Positions 13,313-26,381 of a stretch of 64,000 nucleotides of DNA are shown piece after piece. The position numbers and the translations under genes were made by a program. This DNA comes from Bilabrum cf. latius (taxonomy: Eukaryota), in NCBI GenBank assembly GCA_965178125.1, contig OZ237738.1, positions 1,054,001 through 1,118,000 of the forward strand, read 5' to 3'. Position 1 is the stretch's first letter. Each line of letters starts with the position of its first letter. The notes under the pieces were generated by a model, which was given only the letters and a program-made list of their open reading frames with translations, was not told the DNA's origin and made no database searches.

Positions 13313-16084
13313 TCAAAGAGGGCCTTGCGTCGAGGCGGGGTGGTCCTGGTCCTCATCCTGGCTCCCAGTGACCCCGCCTGGGGACAGGAGACCCCTGGCT
13401 TCCTCGGGGTCATCCTTGGGCACAGGCGGGGCAGAGACCAGCCCGTTCCCGTGCCTCTACAGCGAGGCCACCCTCTCCCTCCGCAGGGCCTCCTGCACGT
13501 CCGCGCTGTGCAGCTCCGCGTGCTCCTGGGTGACTGCCAGCCCGCTCTGGGCCACGCCCCCCACGAACTCCCACAGGTTCTGGGTGAAATGGGTGGAGCT
13601 CTCCCTGCGGCTGCTGGACAGCAGACGGCCCTCGCCCCCGCTGCTGCTGCCCCGCTGGTGGTGTCCAAACCTGCTGCCAGACTAGGCGGTGGGTGCGCCT
13701 GCACCGCCACGCGATGCACTCGAATCGTGGCCCGACTGCGCCTCCTGGCGCAGTGCGTGCACCAGGCTGGTATGCCCGCCTACAGCAGTGCCCTGCACCC
13801 CGTACCCATCGATGTCACCGGATGTGCTCCTGCTGGTGTGAGCGGTGGCCCGATTGATTGCCTCCCCGAGCGAAGGCTGCCTCTGCCTGTGGTGGTGCAA
13901 GGCATAGCCAAGCCCCGGGCTGCGCTCGCTCGAGTGCGTGGACCGCCTGCCCCCCCTCGAGACGCGCCTGTTCCCCGGGGAGGGGTGGGCGGGAGGCCTG
14001 CCGATCACCACCGCATCCCCCCTGACGTCACCCCCTCTTAGCCTCTCGTCGGCATGGCCGCCTAGCTCGAACTCGTCACCGCGGTCCACCCTCTTCCCGT
14101 CCGCCCGCCCCTGCATGCCATCGTCGGTGTCCCTGTCCTCGTCATCCGTGTCGGTGAGCAGCATGAAATCGCCACCGCCTGCATCGCCCAGCTCGCCCGG
14201 CAGGACTAGCTCCATACCCTCCCCAGCCTCGCCGCCCTACTCTCCTTGCGATTTGCTGGCTCGCTCGTCTGCGATCTCCAGGCAATGCGACCAGATGCCG
14301 ATGGCGCACCCAGCCAGCGCGAGAGCGATGAAGAGCATCTCCACGCACGCATACCCTCCATCGCAGGCCGGGGGCTGCAGCTGCCCCACGATGGCGGGCA
14401 CGATGGCGAGGCCCGTGTTCTGGAATGCACCTACCACGCCGTATGCGATCCCAAAGGTCGAGGCAGGCACTACGAAAGCAATGGCAGGCCAGAACGCAGC
14501 GGCAAGGAACGCAAAGCCCAGCCCGAGGGACATGACGGGCACCCACACGGTTATGTCCGTGAAGGCCAGCACTGCGTGGCAGGCCGCCACGAACCCCGCC
14601 GAGGCCCCGATGAAGATGGCCCTCATGCCCGTCAGGTCCACCACCCAGCCCGCCCCCAGCGCAAGCACCGCCGAGGTGGCGTACAGCGTGCCCATCACGA
14701 GGTTCGCCTGCTTGATGGATGCGGATTTGCCCATTTGCTCCCACTTGAAGGTGATGAGCTGCGAGCTGACGTTGTTGAAGCTCGAGATGGGGGGGAAGCA
14801 AGTCATGGAGAGGGCGCAGAAGAGCCAGAATCGGAGGGAAAACTTCCCGATGTCCGAGAGCTGTCCCGGCGGCTGCTCGCTTCTTTTTAATTCGAAGGCT
14901 TCCCACTTCCTCGGGTCCGTCTGCGCCTTGACCTGGTCCTCATGCGCCTAGTCCATCCACACAGCAAGCACGGCGCACAGCACAGACACCACGCACAGAC
15001 CTACCCCCACCCAGTACGCATTCACACAGTAGTCGAACTGCGCCGACACGTTGTCATTGATGGTGGATCCCAGCCTGCCAAAGGCCAGCACCACCCCCAT
15101 GGAGAATGCCAGCTCGCCGCCGATGAACCACTCCGCCACAAGGATCCGCTGGGCCACAACTAAGCTCTCCGTGCCGATTCCAAACACGGACCGAGCCGCC
15201 CACATGAGCGTCCACGACTTGATGTAGGCCCCAGACGCGAACATTACCTGTCCCACGGTCGCTACGATGGCGCAGATCACCGTCATGCGACGAAAGCCGA
15301 TCCGATCCACGAGGAGGCCACCGACGAGCGGCAGCACCGTGTTTGGGAAGCTGTACAGCGAGTACAGCAGCTGCGAGTGCGACGTATAAATTGATCCTCA
15401 TGCAAAGCTAAGAACGCACGGCGATGGTATGGATTCACAGCTTGGATCACCGCATTCGAACCTGTGGGCGTGAGCTCACGTTGAATCGTGTGTTGAACCC
15501 AGCGACAGTGGCGTTTTGCGCCGATGTAGAGTTCATGTTTGTGCGAAGAGGCACTCCAAAATTCTCCTTGAGCTGCGGTGGCGGGACAAAGTGTGCTGGA
15601 CAGGACAGGAGGTGCACGAGCGGCTATGCTCCATATCATCCGTGGCAGTGTCGCTGTCGCTCACAGTCTCAGCAGTGCCAGCTGGATTATCGAACGAGTA
15701 GTATGGTCCAAAGATAGCCAAGGTAGCGAGCACCAATATTATCCACCGTTTCCAGCTCTGTGGCTTTGCTATGGACTGAGCCACTAGCGCGGCATCATCA
15801 ACCTGGGATCCTGTCAGCGCTTTGCCGCTTTCATGATTCGTGTCAAGTAATCCAATATCATCGTAAAACTTAAGCTTGTCTGGGCTCAATCCACTGCCTT
15901 TGGAGCCGGCGTTCAGGCTTCCAGTGGAATCGTCACCGGAGCGCGCACGAAAGCCTCCGGCCTCATTGCTGCTATCTCCAGCGCAGGCGGTACTTCCTAC
16001 TGCCAACGAATCAAACTCCATGCTAAGAAGCCGGTCAGTTGGGTTTAGCCGAGATGCCGGCCCCCTATCATCGGGACTCGACAT
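13313..16084 (-). CDS. MFSD1: MFS transporter, MFSD1-like (lysosomal peptide exporter family)
   Basis: FGPYYSFDNPAG, LLYSLYSFPNTVLPLVGGLLVDRIG, AEWFIGGELAFSMG, FGIAYGVVGAFQNTGLAI. Introns 15573-15664 and 15371-15479. TAG at 14948, 14237, 13682 and ~13457; TGA 13313-13315. Confidence 0.82.
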
Positions 16085-16559
16085 GTAGTCAACGAGAGTA
16101 CCTTGCTGATGGGATGCTCGCTGTCTGCCTCAAGAATGCCAAAGCAGTGTCCGATTCGATGGAGGACCGGGATGAGTAGTGATGGTTGGGCAAGGATTGC
16201 AATTAGCAAATTGGCTAACTTGCAACGCCCCCTGCTGCTACACTTCTTCTGTGACGCTACCGAACCGCTGCGCATGGGAGCGGTTGCAACCGTCTGAATG
16301 CATCAGGTTCCTGGGGGTTTACCAGTCGGCTGCAGTGTGCCTTCCACACGGAGCACGAAGATGGGGCAATCCGCTCGAGTTCATGTGAACCCTTTGAATA
16401 CTGCAAGGGATACAATTCCAACGTTCGCGGGCTCTATCAGTCACTTGAACGCAGGTCAGGTTGGGCACGGCCTAGCCGCACTCGTCAGGGCGGTCCGCCA
16501 CGTCGCCGAGTTGGAGGTGGTCGTCACCGACCAGCGGCAGCAAAAACGGGTCCCCTACG

Positions 16560-17417
16560 ATGGCAGCAGCCAGCGACGTGGCGAGCGCCAAGTCTGAAAC
16601 TGCTGGTGGTGAAGAAGATCACTACGTGCACGTTGCTGCGAGCTATGAGAAGGCATATTTCTACGACTAGTCCAACAAGACGTATCAAAACTTCCTTGCT
16701 GACAGCCTGCAAAAGAGCTTGCAATGCAAGCCAGGCCAAGATGTTGTGGATCTAGGGGGCGGAACCGGTCATTTCACGGAATGGTTTGCGTCTAGGGCCG
16801 GAATTGACATCGAAAAGGCTTGTTGCGTTGATCCCTCGGCAGCCATGATCGAAGTAGCTTCCAAGCGAAAAGGACTTGGAACATCGTGCGAGTCAGCCCA
16901 AGACTTCATCGGACACACAGATTTGTAGTACGACCGTTTGTTCTTGAAAGAGGTCGTCCACCACATCCCTTCAGACGAGCTGCAGGAGGTGTTCAACGGC
17001 GTGCAGCGGCAGCTGCGTGACGACGGCCGCATGAGCATTATCACAAGAATGCCGACGTCTGAGCACTATCCGTTCTTCGAGGCAGCTCATAAAGTATGGG
17101 TTGACAACCAGGAGCACTATGACACCTACGCTGACATGCTGCGCAAGTCAGGCTTGGAGGTCGACGTAGCAATCCGAGATTTTGAGGTGCGTATGCCCAA
17201 AGAGGCGTGGATTGGAATGGTGCGATCCCGATTCTGGAGCACCTTTAGCCACTTCAGCGACAAGGAGTTGGAGGCTGGAATCAAAGAGCTCGAGGCTAGG
17301 TTCAAGGGCGAGGAGGAGGTCGTCTTTCCTGACCGACTAGTCTTCATCACTGGAATCAAGGGGCCTGCCAGTGGTACGCTGGACGAGGGGGAAGCAAAGA
17401 AAGTAGGTGGAAAGTAA
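16560..17417 (+). CDS. Class I SAM-dependent methyltransferase (285 aa)
   Basis: Motif I VVDLGGGTGHF, CVDPSAAM, YDRLFLKEVVHH. Two in-frame TAG (FYD*SNK, TDL*YDR) join ORFs 16719-16928 and 16938-17417. Ends in TAA. Confidence 0.88.
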
Positions 17418-17599
17418 AAGAGTAGGTTCTTGATTCTGTGGTTGACTGTGTGCATCTACTTGAAAATGGCCAACATTGTGAGCTTGACAAAGCTCTCGAT
17501 AGTGAACCGTTGGCCGGATTATTTTCGTATGAAGAGGGTCTTATTGTTCCGCACCCTCTCTCCCATGTTTTCGCGATCGCACAGACTCATCCAGCCTGC

Positions 17600-20036
17600 T
17601 CACAGCGCGCCACCCTTACCCCGACGCACCCCTGCCACCACCGCCTTGCTGCGCTGTCCCGCGGCACTCGCGACACTGCTGGAGAAAGTGCCCACTAGTA
17701 GGCCCCTGGCCCACTGCAGAGAAGCCGAAACACCCTCGCTAGTAGTCTTCCACACTTCCTGCACCACCTTGCGCCCTTCTGGCGTCGCTGCCACTGCGAC
17801 AGCCGCTGCAGCTGCCACGCCAACGCCCACCCCTACGCCCCACACCAAAGCCCTGGATCCGCTCTGCCGCTAGCCGCCGCCCGAGCCAACTGCCTGCTCC
17901 TCCTCCTTCGTGTGCTCAATGTCCACCTTGGGCGGGGGCGGGTCGCCCTCCGAGACCCTCTGCAGCGCCTGTTCCCCAGCCGTGAGGGAGGGCTCGCCTC
18001 CAGTGGCCCAGGCCCACGCCGTCTTGGCCATGTCCAGCGGACCCGGCTTTGGCCTCCTGGCCTGCTCCTGCACCGCTCGCACGGCCAGCCGCCTCACGAT
18101 CGGAGTCAGGCGTAGACACACGGAGGCCACGGGGGCCACTGCGTCGGCGCGCCACGGCTGCCCCGGCGGTGCCTCCCTCTCAGGGCAAGACAGCCCGAGG
18201 CGCCTTGCCACGCGCTGTGCAACTGGTACCCAGTCGTCCACAGCCAGAGCCACGGGCAGAGGCCCGGTGCCTCCAATGGCCGACGATGCCGCAGACGAAG
18301 ATGAAGACGAAGACGGCCTGCCTCCCCGGCCCGACTCTCGCTCCGTGGGAGGGGGCGGTCCCCCGCGCGCTGCAGGCAAAGCAAGCAGCCCCGTCGCAAC
18401 GAAGGCGTCAGGCCTGCGGGTGCTGGTCTTCGCGCGGGGGTAGCCGGAACTGGAAGCAGGGCCATTACCGGAAGTAGACCCATCGCGCGGGGTCGCTGCA
18501 TCCCACGCCCACGCGTCCTCACTGGCTCGAGCCCCGCGCGGGTCATCATCCCCGCCGATGCTCGCCTCAATGTCGTCCCAAGCAACGCTGCGAGGAGTGT
18601 CGTGAAGGGAGCGTGGAGAGAAAGGTGGTAAATGCAGCGCATTGCAGCGCAGCAAGGCATGCTGTGCTTGAATGGTACGCAGCTGCACGGGCAAAAAAAG
18701 CCGGTCAAACCGACCAATTCTACGCGACAACCCAGCCGGGAATGTAGCAGCAAACTCACCCACATCCGAAGAATGCGAACAGCAGAAACCTCACGTCCTC
18801 CGCTGCCATCTTCGCACAGGCCCTTCGGAGCAACGCACTCCCTCCCCTGCTGGCTCCGCCCTCTGCTGCAGTCGCAGACCCGCGCACCGGTGTTCCGGAC
18901 CCCTGATCCTGCCCCCGCCCCTGGCCCTTGGGCAGCTGCCCTCCTGCTGTTTCCGCCGCCACCCCGTCATCGCCACTGGTGGCCAGCACAAGCCTGGCAA
19001 AGGCCCCCGGGGAGCCAGACAGCTGGGCAGTGCTCGCTACGAGCCGAAAGAATGCCCCCGGGGAAGGCGCGTCCACGAGTGGTTGCAACCGCGCCCCTGA
19101 CCGCCACCTGCCTCGCCCCTCGACCGCGGACCGCCCAGTGGCCGCCTCATGCACCCTGACGAGTGCATCGGCCATGGGGAGCAGAGTGGGTAACCCCGCG
19201 ATAGCCAGTCTGTGCCGGTGGGCGAATGCCGCCTCGTGCTGCAGCACCGCAGTGCGCTGCATCGACCGGGCGTGCTTCCGCAGGGCAGGTGTGACCTCGG
19301 GCAGCATGCGAGACGCATAAGCGAGCATGTTCGGCCACGTGGCGCGGAACACATGGCGGGGACGAGTGGATGGCGGGTCAAACAGCACCAAGTCAAGCTC
19401 GCTGCCGGCCCGCAGCGGAGGCAGCTGCCTCGGGTGGTCGTCCACGCCGTCGGGCGCTCGCTAAGCAGAGGAGCCAAACACGTCTTGCGCGGAATCGGGC
19501 CCCAATGCAACAGACATGAGCCAGGCTGGGGTCACCCCTACCGCCGCAGCCAGCTCAGCGAGCGCCACGCGGGCCTGCACGCCCGGCAGCTGAGCCCGGC
19601 GCAATGCGTCGGATAACCTGGCGAGATCCCGACGCGACAAAACAGCTCGCGGGGCATTAGCCCCCGCATATGCCGAAACTGCCAATGCAGATGTGTTGGA
19701 TGATCTAGCTGCCCCGCTGGAGCCCATGGGTACCGTTCCAAGACTGCCATCTACGAAAGGCTTAATCAGCAGGATTGGTGGCACGACAGCACTGACTCGG
19801 CTGCTGTGCGGGGCATACCACGGCATCCACTCTCCAAATGAATTTGCACCATCAGATTCCTTCGCCTTTCTCAGCGAACCGCCCTAGGACGGAGCGCGAG
19901 CCCGCAACACAAGCCGCCCAAAGGTGCCCTTTGAAGAGCCGACCGGTTCCGGGATCTACTCGCACCTGCACAGCTTCTCAGCTACATGCGTGAGCTCATA
20001 TGAAGCAGGGATGCTGCCGCGAGTCGGTAATTCCAT
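17600..20036 (-). CDS. Hypothetical protein with C-terminal hydrophobic segment
   Basis: ATG 20036; frame open through TAGs including 19461 and 17870. Intron 18588-18759 (GTGAGT..CAG) explains the frame change. TGA 17600-17602. Confidence 0.6.
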
Positions 20037-20367
20037 GTCGTCGTGCAGCGGTGCAACCGGGCGAACCGAACTCGTCGTGATACCGGAACCAAAATGACAA
20101 CACCACAAAGTGCGGGTTGATCTGTCTTGCTTGAACTAAAACCCTAGATGACCTACCGGTATTATCTCTCTTAAGTCGTTTCAGCACCTAGGGCTGCGCC
20201 AGGCCCTCACAATCCTGGCAAACCCTTTTGACCATCTGTGCAACCCCAGCCTCACCATCACGTGCCCTACCACCAGCACACCCTCTTGGATCCACTGGCT
20301 CAGCGAGCGAAGCCGAGCCAACCCGCACGAGCCGCCAGCACGAGCGGAGCACCTTTCCACGGGCCCC

Positions 20368-23300
20368 TCACGACCCCGGCTAACCCCCAGGACCGCCCAT
20401 CATCACGGGGACCATGAGTCCCCCCGGGGGCACCACATGCACCCCCGGCTGCAGGAAGTTCGCCACCTGCTCATCGTTGCCCTGGGGAACAAAGGACGGC
20501 TGGCCCATGGGCAGCGCCACGCCGTTATGCAGCACCGCGGGCGCGTCGGGAGGAGGTCCCTCAGGCCCGTACGTCGCTCTCCACTCGTCCACCTGCATCT
20601 GTACGAGCGCGTGCATGAGCCACATGTCCGAGATGCGGCGGGACTGGCAGCGCTGGTGCCAGCGGTTCATGGGAGCGTCCTCCTCGCCCACGGCCACGGC
20701 GGAACGAGCGAGTGCCTGGGCAAGGGCTCGGATCCGCTTGGTGCCCGCGCTGGCGGCCGCCACCGAGACGACTTGATCCGATCTATCCGAGGATGGCAGG
20801 CTGCTGGCGCTCTGCACGGTGGACTGGCGGCCCGCCCCGTCATCTCGCATGAACCCGAGCGCCGTGCGGGTGGAATTCGCAGCGGCAAGGAACCGCTCCA
20901 GCGACCTAGCGACCTGCTTCCGCTCGTCTCTGTCCGTGCGCAGTGTTGTTCCCTGGTCGGTCCCTGAGCCCGCACCGGGGCCCTGGCCCAGCCGCATGCC
21001 GGGGACCTACCCGCCGCCGGGCAGGGTCACCAGCTCCATCTGCGGCGATGCCTCGGGAAGGTTCCCCCGGAGCACCGACCCCGAGTTGACCCTGACCATG
21101 GCAGAGGCCAGCGCCTGTTCCCCGTACCGGACCGCCCCCTCGAAGTCCCCCTCAGTGCCCTTGGCCGCGAGCACAGCCTCCACAAATGCCGAGTAGAGGG
21201 TCCTCCCCTGCGCCGTCCACTGCTCGGCCCGGTCCAGGGTCAGGTCAAGCATGGCCGACTCGAGCGGGCTCAGCTTGCCCTGCGAATACGCCCGGAAGCG
21301 GGCCACCTCGTGCGCCTGCTTGGCCCGGTGGTAGTCCTCCCTGCGCTCGAACGAGTCCACTTGCCGCCACCGGCGAAGGGCCGTGGTCATGCTTGGGAGA
21401 GCCGCCTTGGCTGCCATCCGCAGCTGGTGTGACCGGCAGGCAGCCGCGGACATGGTCTTGTCGTGCTGGAAGCGGGGTCCTTCCCTTTCCCCGCCGTGTG
21501 CTGTACCCCTGTGCCCGCCCCCACTGCCCCCCTCGCCGCCCCTCGACTACGGCCCCGACGCGCTCTGCTCTGAGGTCCTGCGGCCCCGCCTGCCCCGGGC
21601 GGCACCGGCCCGTCCCCTCCGCCTGCGGCCCCGGCCGCCTCCTTGCCCATTCCCCTGCTTCGGCTGCGCCTTGCTGCCTCCGCTCTTGACGCCGCACAGT
21701 GGCTTGAGCCGGTGCTGAGCCAGCTGCAAGCGGGTCTGTCCGAGTTCGGAGAGCAGCAGCGCGTGCATTGGGTGCTGCTTGCCCAGCGCCTTCTTGGATG
21801 CCTGCGCAGCCGCCTCGAGCAGCTCCTCGGCGTCTTGCAGCTGGCCCAGCTGTGTGAGGCAGTGGCCTCTCACCGCATCGATCCTCATGCGGAGGAGGCT
21901 GCGGCGGGCCACCCCCGCCCCCAGCCCCGCAGTGAGCACCTGCCTCGCCCTGTCCATGTGGTCAAGCGCCTCCTCGCAGTCGCCATCCAGGGCGCGCACA
22001 GCGCCGGCGGCCACCATCGTGTGAGCCACGGCGGGGTGGGAGGGCCCTAGGGCCCGCACGTCCTCGTCAAGCACGTCATCCAGGAGGGAGCCCGCGACAT
22101 CCGCGCGGCCCAGCTCCAGCTCCCTGCCCGCCCGCTCGAAGTCGGCCGAGGCCTCGTCCTCCTCGTGGCCCCCCGTGACCCTGAGGTAGTGCCACCGGGC
22201 CGGCCTGTCTCCCAGCACGGCCCTCCCGTGCACCATATCCGAGGCACCCGCCTCCGCCTCGTCCACCTCGTCCAGCACCACGGCTCTCTCCGACCTCGTG
22301 AGGTTGCCCCTGGCGCAGTCCAGCAGGGAGCGAAGCAGCGGGGTGGCCACGGAGGGCATCCCCAGCCTGTGCAGGGACACGCCCAGGCGGAATACCGCGG
22401 GAACTGGGTCCAGAAACGGCGTACCTCCGTCAGTGCGCTGTTCCCCATCTGTATCGAGCCGCACCCACCTCGCCTGTGGACCTTGATCGCCCTAGCCCAC
22501 CTGTGTGTCGCTGGCCTTGGGGTGCATCGGCACCAGCTGCCAGGTGCTGTTGGTGCTCCCCGCGCTGCCCAGGCACCACGACCTGCGCCAGCGCCGGATT
22601 GCCTCAAAGACGTTCTCCTGTTCATGTTCCTTCTGGTGCACTTCTTCCTCCTCCTCGAGAGGAGAAGATGCATCACCATTATCATCTCCAGAAGCCACAT
22701 TCACTGCTGCGCTGCTTTCACCGAAATCAACCCTCCCGCCTCGGGCAACTCCCACTACCTCGTTGTTGCGATCGTACGCCAATGGTGCATCGCCTCGCAG
22801 AAATCGCGCCGGGAAACTCCATGCAGCGTGCCGCGCAAGGGGCGCACCTTCCCCTGCACCTCCACGCACGCCATCGCTGCGGGACTGTCCACCCGAGTTG
22901 GAGGCTGGCAAGGTCTCCTCGCTACCTATTGATGGATCCGTGTGCTACTGATTGGTTGCAATTCCTCTTGTACCGTCGGCCATCCCAGATTCAGCAACTG
23001 CGCAGAGATCAGAAAGCAAGGGACTGCCAACGCTCGTGCTGGATAGCACGCTGGGCGACACAGTTCCGTTCAATGAGTGATCGCTGGAAACCCTGCTTGC
23101 ATCGTCCAGCGGCTCGCCCGCTCCCACCCCACCATCCCCGGGCCCCCTCCGGCGCTGCCGCGGCACCGCGCTCATGAGCCCGCACAGCGCCCTTGCGGGG
23201 GACGGCGATAGCGAGGCCAGCGCAACTGCTCGCTGTAGTTCCAGAGACGGGTAGTAATCAGATATGGCCCACTGGGCTTCAATGCGCAGCAGCTGCAGAG

Positions 23301-24057
23301 ACATTACGTGCTCTGCGGCAATGGCGCTGCGGCGCGCTGCCTCCTGCCACGCACCCTCGTCCTCGCCATTCGACATGCTCGTCTTATGCGTTGCCGTGGT
23401 GCTGCCTCCCCATCCCGGAAAAATCAGACTTGGTGCTACATGATCGAGCCACTGCAATGCTTTTACAACCGTCGCCAGAGCTTCGATGGGCTGGCCAACA
23501 TCAAGTTGCAGCGCGGCTGTCAGAGACGTTGCACGAGCACCCACTGCGACCGTCTGCATGCTCGGAAACTAAAGTCCTAACGCATGAAATGATGCGGTTT
23601 CGTTGCTTTGAGGTGGCCAAGCAATGCTCGCGTTCACTCCTTGGTGGGCCAATGGGGCGGCAAGCACAAGTCCGTTCCGCAAGGACGACCGAATGGAAGC
23701 ATAGGCCCCTGTGGAGGCATTCAGGGCACGGCTTTGCCTACCCATTGCCCGTAATGTGATAGCAACGTCTACCATCGCATTGGCGTACTCAGTGGTGTTT
23801 CGCCCGTGCTCGGCAAGGGCCCGCTTCGCGGCTTGCTGGGCACTTGCAAACGCGCTGTTGTACCTCCCCTCTGCAAATCGCTCGGCAGTCCGCTCTCCCC
23901 AAATCGGAAAATGAACTGGCTGAATCGAAACATGATGCTCGCTGGGCTGGAACCACATCAATGAATCGTCGCTGTGCGAGCCGAAAGAACTGCCGGCTAA
24001 ACACAGCAGGGAAACGACTGCCAACGACAGCAGTCGCCCATCAGACGAAATCGACAT
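20368..24057 (-). CDS. TPR-repeat (kinesin-light-chain-like TPR) protein with signal peptide, ~1229 aa
   Basis: Six standard-code ORFs in one frame, each ending in TAG (23569, 22945, 22492, 21547, 21007, 20380); true stop TGA 20368-20370. TPR motifs RALGPSHPAVAHTM and KKALGKQHPMHALLLSELG; leader LLSLAVVSLLCLAG. Confidence 0.75.
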
Positions 24058-24421
24058 ACGACGATAGACAATCTGCGATCAGGTGGGTACAAAATAAGGC
24101 TTGCTATGCAGATTCTGAATGAATGTGATATCTAGTATTAAAGGAGACGATGCGTGCGTTGGCGCTACGTGTCGTCGGGAGGGTACTATTTCCTACAACT
24201 GGCCAACAGTTCAGCGAGCAGTAGCAATTCCGGTTGCAAGAGATCTATATACACTTGATCTCATGAAATCGCTCGGATTCTTCGCCAGACATCTCACATA
24301 AAGCCTCACCTCGCTTGAAAATGCGGAGGCATTTCGGTTCCAGCCTATTTGAACGTTACAAACCCAAACAGCAGAACGCTGACCAAGCAGCATCTAAAAT
24401 ACATATTTAGTCACTTGTCGC

Positions 24422-25828
24422 ATGCAGGTGCAACCTAATATTTCCATTGGTCCCCTACGGCTTGGTCAAAGTATTGCGGCAGCTATGGCGCACGTGCATG
24501 GCACGCAAATGGTGCAAGTGCAACCACAGTTGCTGCTGAGGGGAATGCTGGCGTCCTACGGAGATTCTAGGGTCGACCTGTGTTTCAGATCTAGCGCTCT
24601 ATCTGCGGCTCGATTGTTGTTTCCATCCTCTGTCGGGGTTGTGATTGGCGACCTTGCCGTTGATTGCGGAGCAGTACCAACCGAGAGCGACATATCCGAG
24701 CTTCTTGGCAGCCCCCAGGCAATTAAAACCTCAAGTACGACCCGTGTTGCATATTATCCGGATGGAGTTTGTTTTCACTATCGGTTGAACACGAGTGGGT
24801 CTGACAGTCCACGACTGGAGTCGGTGTCAGTGTCGACAAGCGAGAGCAGTGCTGCCGTTGGTAGCAGCGGCAAACTGAAAGAAACAGAAAGATGTGCTCA
24901 ATTGTCGGAAGCAGAAATTTTGCTGCCACCAAGGAGCGCCACTGCCGGGTCGCTAAGCAACGCCTCGGTTCGATTTCCCGTGCTCGGCAGATCCCTGTCG
25001 CTTGGCGAGACCAAGCTCTCGGACTGCGTGGCATAGCTGGGCCCCCCGGACAGCTCCACGGTAACCGGAGAAGCTGCGCTCGCTGTTCGGTGGTAGCACC
25101 TGCGTTCCGACGCAGTCACGTCTGCAGGGGTCCACCTGAAGAAGGGGCCCGCTACCCACGACCCCAAGGGGGGCCCGGCCCATCCCTCACTACCCAAGGC
25201 TGGACCCATGGTGTCCCTATCATACCCGCACCTGGGCGCGGAGCTCACATTCCGCAGGTTGGGGCCATCTCTGCCATCCACTGCCACGGCATCGAGCAGC
25301 GGCGGTGCGCGCGCGCCGGGCCCAGCACTCGTCACACCAAGCGGCGACGGCGTCCTCGTGCAGGTATCCCTCAGCCAGGCCGCCCCCACCTCGGCACTTG
25401 CAAGGACACAGGCAGCGGGCGTGCTCCGCATAGCCCGGGCCGGTGCGTCGGCTACGGGCGAAGGGGCCAAGTCGACCGACCCGACGTGGCCAGGTGTAAC
25501 GATTGAGCCAGGCAGCGGGACAGTTGTAGAACTGCCGAGCGCCAGCGGGGCGGGCACCGGCGGCGCCAAGAGCAAGCCCACCGACAAACCAGGCCTAGAG
25601 CCAGAACTAGACCTTACCCTTGCAACTCTCAGTGCTGCCTTCTCGGGAGGTGCCGCTGAGGCAGAAATGGCAACGCTTCGCAAGTCTGCCCTACAAGTGG
25701 TGCGGCCTGGCGACCCACTGACCAGTCTTCGCGTGCTCGCTTGGCCCAATATTGCTCTGGAGGTTGAGTGTGACGGCGAGCATGCACCAGCGGGGCTGCT
25801 GCGACGCGTCCTGATCATGTCTGACTGA
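24422..25828 (+). CDS. UPF0183/PHAF1-like protein
   Basis: QVQPNISIGPLRLGQSIAAAM and SLSLGETKLSDCVA(Q)LGPPD resemble recalled UPF0183 motifs. Two TAG (25034-25036, ~25092); ends in TGA. Confidence 0.55.
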
Positions 25829-25850
25829 ATGACAGCCCATTTCCCTGATC

Positions 25851-26273
25851 TCAGTCATCGTCATCGTCCATCGCCCGCCCACCCCTGCGCCTGGAAGACT
25901 TACGCTTTCTCCCCTTTCCATTCCAATCCTCTTCATCGTCGTCGTCGTCACCCCCGTCTGCATCACCGCCGTCTCTCTCAAGGCCGAGCATCTCAGCTGC
26001 ACCAGCTGCACCTGCAGCCCTCTCGATTACCTCGTCCGAGCAGCTTGAACCAGAGAATATTTTTTCTTTCGATGGAGCCCCCGAGCGCCTCGAGCTCCTG
26101 GATTCTGTGGCTGCCAACTAAAATTCAGTGGCAACGTTCCCGCCAACTGAATGCTCCAGATAGTAGTCTTCCTGCTCCGCAATACGGGTTTCGAGCATCT
26201 CTAGATGTCTCTCAAGATCCTGTTCGAAAGATGTCAGCTATTTCATCTCATTGGATTGCGAAGTTGATGCCAT
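25851..26273 (-). CDS. EAF6: NuA4 histone acetyltransferase subunit Eaf6/MEAF6 (140 aa)
   Basis: With TAG=Q (26240-26238, 26120-26118): MASTSQSNEMKQLTSFEQDLERHLEMLETRIAEQEDYYLEHSVGGNVATEFQ...KEKIFSGSS. This matches the Eaf6 pattern LExxIYxxExSYLExT..GNII...ERLFSxSS. Confidence 0.8.
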
Positions 26274-26381
26274 ACTGACGGATTAGTGATTTCGTCCGCT
26301 GCGCGAGTTGAGTATGCTTCATCGTTCACATTTTGCTCCTCACAATTTTCTGCAAATAGACAGATTATTATTTGCCTTGCC

